Of a DNA stretch of 64,000 bases, positions 61,118 through 64,000 are shown in pieces; within the stretch, counting starts at the first letter, position 1; every line of letters starts with the position of its first letter. The notes beneath the pieces are model-generated. The model did no database searches. It saw nothing but the letters and a program-made list of their open reading frames with translations, and was not told the origin of the DNA. Source of the DNA: Eledone cirrhosa (Eukaryota); assembly GCA_964016885.1 (NCBI GenBank), contig OZ024741.1, forward strand, positions 189,658,001 through 189,722,000. The letters run 5' to 3'. The position numbers and the translations under genes were made by a program.

Positions 61118-63459
61118 CATATCTTCTCTAGGGATGACCTAAAAATATTTCAGTGGGTAACACCAAACTAGAAAACCTCCCCTAAATTGTTCATAAATTC
61201 AGCCAAGATATAAGAATAAATATGGAATTAGACAAATGTGCCTAAGTTACTATAAGAAAAGGCAAATTAACCAGAACTGTAAATATTACACTAGACATAA
61301 ATAATGGAATCAGAGAATTAAAGCACAATAAACTATAGAAATATCCAGGAATAGATGAAACAGATAAAATACAATGCATAGAAATGAAAGACAAAATTAG
61401 AAAATACTACAGAAGAACTAGACTAATATTGCTTTCTAACATAGGCACAAGGCCAGACATTTTGATGGGTAGGAAAAGTCCATTATATTGACACCAGTGG
61501 CAGTGGATTGGCAGTATCGGTAGAGCATCAGACACCATGCTTTGCAGCATTGAGTCATGGCTCTTTATGTTCTGAGTTCAATTTCTGCCAAGGTTAACTT
61601 TGCCTTTCATCCTTAAGGGGTTGATTAAATAAAGCACCAGTAATGCACTGGGGTAATTGCTGGCCTTGTGCCAAAAGTAGAAACAATTATATTGACCCCC
61701 AGTATTTGATTGGTACTTTATTTTATCGACCTCAGAAGGATGAAAAGTAAAGTTAACCTCAATAAGATTTGAACACAGAATATAGAGCCATAACTACATA
61801 CTGTAAAGTATTTTGTTCAATGCTCTACTAATATTGCTGATCAACCACTTAACATTAAAAACTGAACTCAGTGCTATAAATTAGTAGGTATAGGTATGCA
61901 AGCTATCCAAGATATAAATTACAACTTCAATATAATAAACTGGAAATTAAATGGAAAATTTAGACAGAAAAACCAGGAAACAACTGACAACATTTGAAAA
62001 CTCACCACCCAATCCCCAACAAATATAGATAGAATATACCTACTCCATACATAAGGAGTGTCTGATACAAATAGAAAAATACTATTGGACTAGAAAAATA
62101 TTTAGAAGCAAGCAGTGGAAGGCTGATAAGTCTAATAAAGAAGAAGAATCATCATCACCATCACTATCATCATCATCATCATCATCTAACATCCACTTTC
62201 TCTGCTAGCAAGGGTTGGACGAGTCTGTATTGAAGTGGGGCCACTGACCTCCCAGACAAGCTGGGGGTTCCCATCTTGCTTATATGCAGTTCTGCATTCT
62301 ACCAAGTACATTTTATCATAGCACCATTACTAGAGAGGTTGTCATGTTTTCGACACAACTCAAGGGTCCTCCCAACCTTTTGTTTGGCTGGTTGCCCTTT
62401 TTAACACAAACCACTTTACAGCATGTACTTGGTGTTTTTATCATGTAGATCACCAGCACTAGGGAAGTTGTCATGTCCTTGACACAACTGAAGGGTCCTC
62501 CCAACCCTTTGTTTGGCAAGCTTTCTATGGCTGGATGGCCTTCCTATCACCAACCACTTTACATCATCTACTGGGTGTGTTTATCATGTAGATTAGTAAC
62601 ACTAGAGAGGTTGTTGTGTTATTGACACAACTGAAAGGTCTTCTCAACCTCTTAGGCCTGGTTTCTACAGCAAGGTGCCGTTCCTGTCGTCAACCACCTT
62701 ACATAGTGTACCAGTCAGGTGCATTTTCACGGCAACATCACTAATGAGGCTGTTGGTCATAATCCCAACTAAAGAAACTTTTCTGCTCTGGAGGGGGGGA
62801 TGATAAGGGAAGGAGATATGTAGGAAATTATAGGTGTATGTGGTGATTTGGAGAGTGATGAGTAAAGGGAAGGGGTGTCTGATAGTGTATGGGGAAAGGG
62901 GTTGTAGTGATGTTGGGGGGTGTGGATGATGTGGCCGATAGTGTGGGAGGGAGAGCAGTGATCGAGATATAGCTAAGGAGTGTTAATGGAGGGATGCACA
63001 AGGGGTAGAAAGAGTAACTACTAGGATATGTTAATGAGGGTATCTAAGGGGTTTAGAGGGGGAGTAGCTAAGGAGTGGTACAGGAAACACATAGATGGTG
63101 GTAAGGATAGCTACAGGGTAGTGTGTGTGTGTGGAAGCAAGGAGACACATGGATGGATCGTCACCATCACAGCAATAGCACCCTAGCTCTCAATCCTTTG
63201 TCATCTCAGTTGTGAGGCTAACTTTCTTAAATTCGGTTTTCACTACCTCTTCCCAAGACTTCTTGTGTCTGCCTCTTCCACAAGTTCCAGCCACTAGGAT
63301 TTCTCTGCATTTCTTTATGCAACTGCTATCTTCCATGAAAAAGAAAACTTTTCTTTATGTATAAGGAAACTATGAAGTATGAACTAGAAGCTAACTACAT
63401 GGAAATTACAGATGAGGAAAATGTATCAGACAAAAGTAAAGGAAAAAAAACAGAGTTAA

Positions 63460-63667
63460 CCCTTCAGCATTTAAACCAGCTGTATCTGACCAGAAATCTC
63501 TCATCTCTTTTTATTCAAACCAGCCATAACTGGCCACTTATACTGATGTTAAGGTATTTTTCTCAAAATAAATAATATCAAAATCTCATTGATTCAATAT
63601 TATGTGAGATAAAGCATTTACCGCAAAAATACAATATTATTTATAGAGTAATGTAAATGCTAAAGGG
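63460..63667. mobile_element. piggyBac-type MITE
   Basis: TTAA-CCCTTCAGCATTTA ... TAAATGCTAAAGGG-TTAA. Confidence 0.8.
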
Positions 63668-64000
63668 TTAAATAGGAATTACAAAATATACTGAAGAAAA
63701 AATTGAAAGAAAGTCACTCCATGAGTAATAGCCTACAAGGCTCAACAGAAAAGTAAGCTAGTCAACATTGGCTTCAAAGCTCCATGCTAACAACAGAAAC
63801 AGAAAATCTAATTCTAGTTGCACAAGACCAATGTCTAACCACAAACAATTACAAAAATAAAATAGTGATCTTAACATTAAGTGCAGTCTATGGAAGCAGT
63901 GCAATTAGACAGTTAACCACATCATCTCCAGTTCTTGCCAAGTTTGAATGTATATACAGACACAATCAAGTTAGCAGCTATATCCACTGGGCAATATGTC

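Larger units (their letters stand above)
60100..64000 (+). mobile_element. Fragmented R4/Dong-type LINE RT and CCHC region
   Basis: KKTFDSIP (~60280), LQGDLL (~60460), INHIF..DDLKIF (split at 60566/61131), ELDKCA, YRNI/YKYLG-like, TETENLILVAQDQCLTTNNY and YRHNQVSSYIHWAIC (63790-64000); interrupted by other elements. Confidence 0.7.

Overview
AT-rich, repeat-dominated animal genomic DNA. The RTE/SINE types and (TA)n load suggest a cephalopod such as Octopus, which is inference. No host protein-coding exon can be confirmed; one candidate first exon ends at a GTAAGT donor at 5681. The only long intact ORF is a full-length RTE-clade LINE (APE endonuclease + reverse transcriptase) with a C4HC3 PHD-type finger inserted inside the RT region. 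Other content: truncated RTE, CR1/L2-type, Tx1/L1-type and R4/Dong-type LINE fragments, many tRNA-derived SINEs, Tc1/mariner-, pogo/Tigger- and piggyBac-type MITEs, and very long (TA)n/(TATG)n microsatellites that create the spurious YI-repeat ORFs. The most notable signal is a set of short, ORF-less elements in (TA)n tracts, most of them folded back on themselves. They carry minimal type I hammerhead ribozyme motifs (CUGAnGA...GAAA...NUH) in at least four sequence families, with compensatory base changes between copies and a shared GAGYRCT motif near the 3' end. They resemble Penelope-like pLTR or retrozyme-type elements. All structures were read by eye, and no activity was tested.
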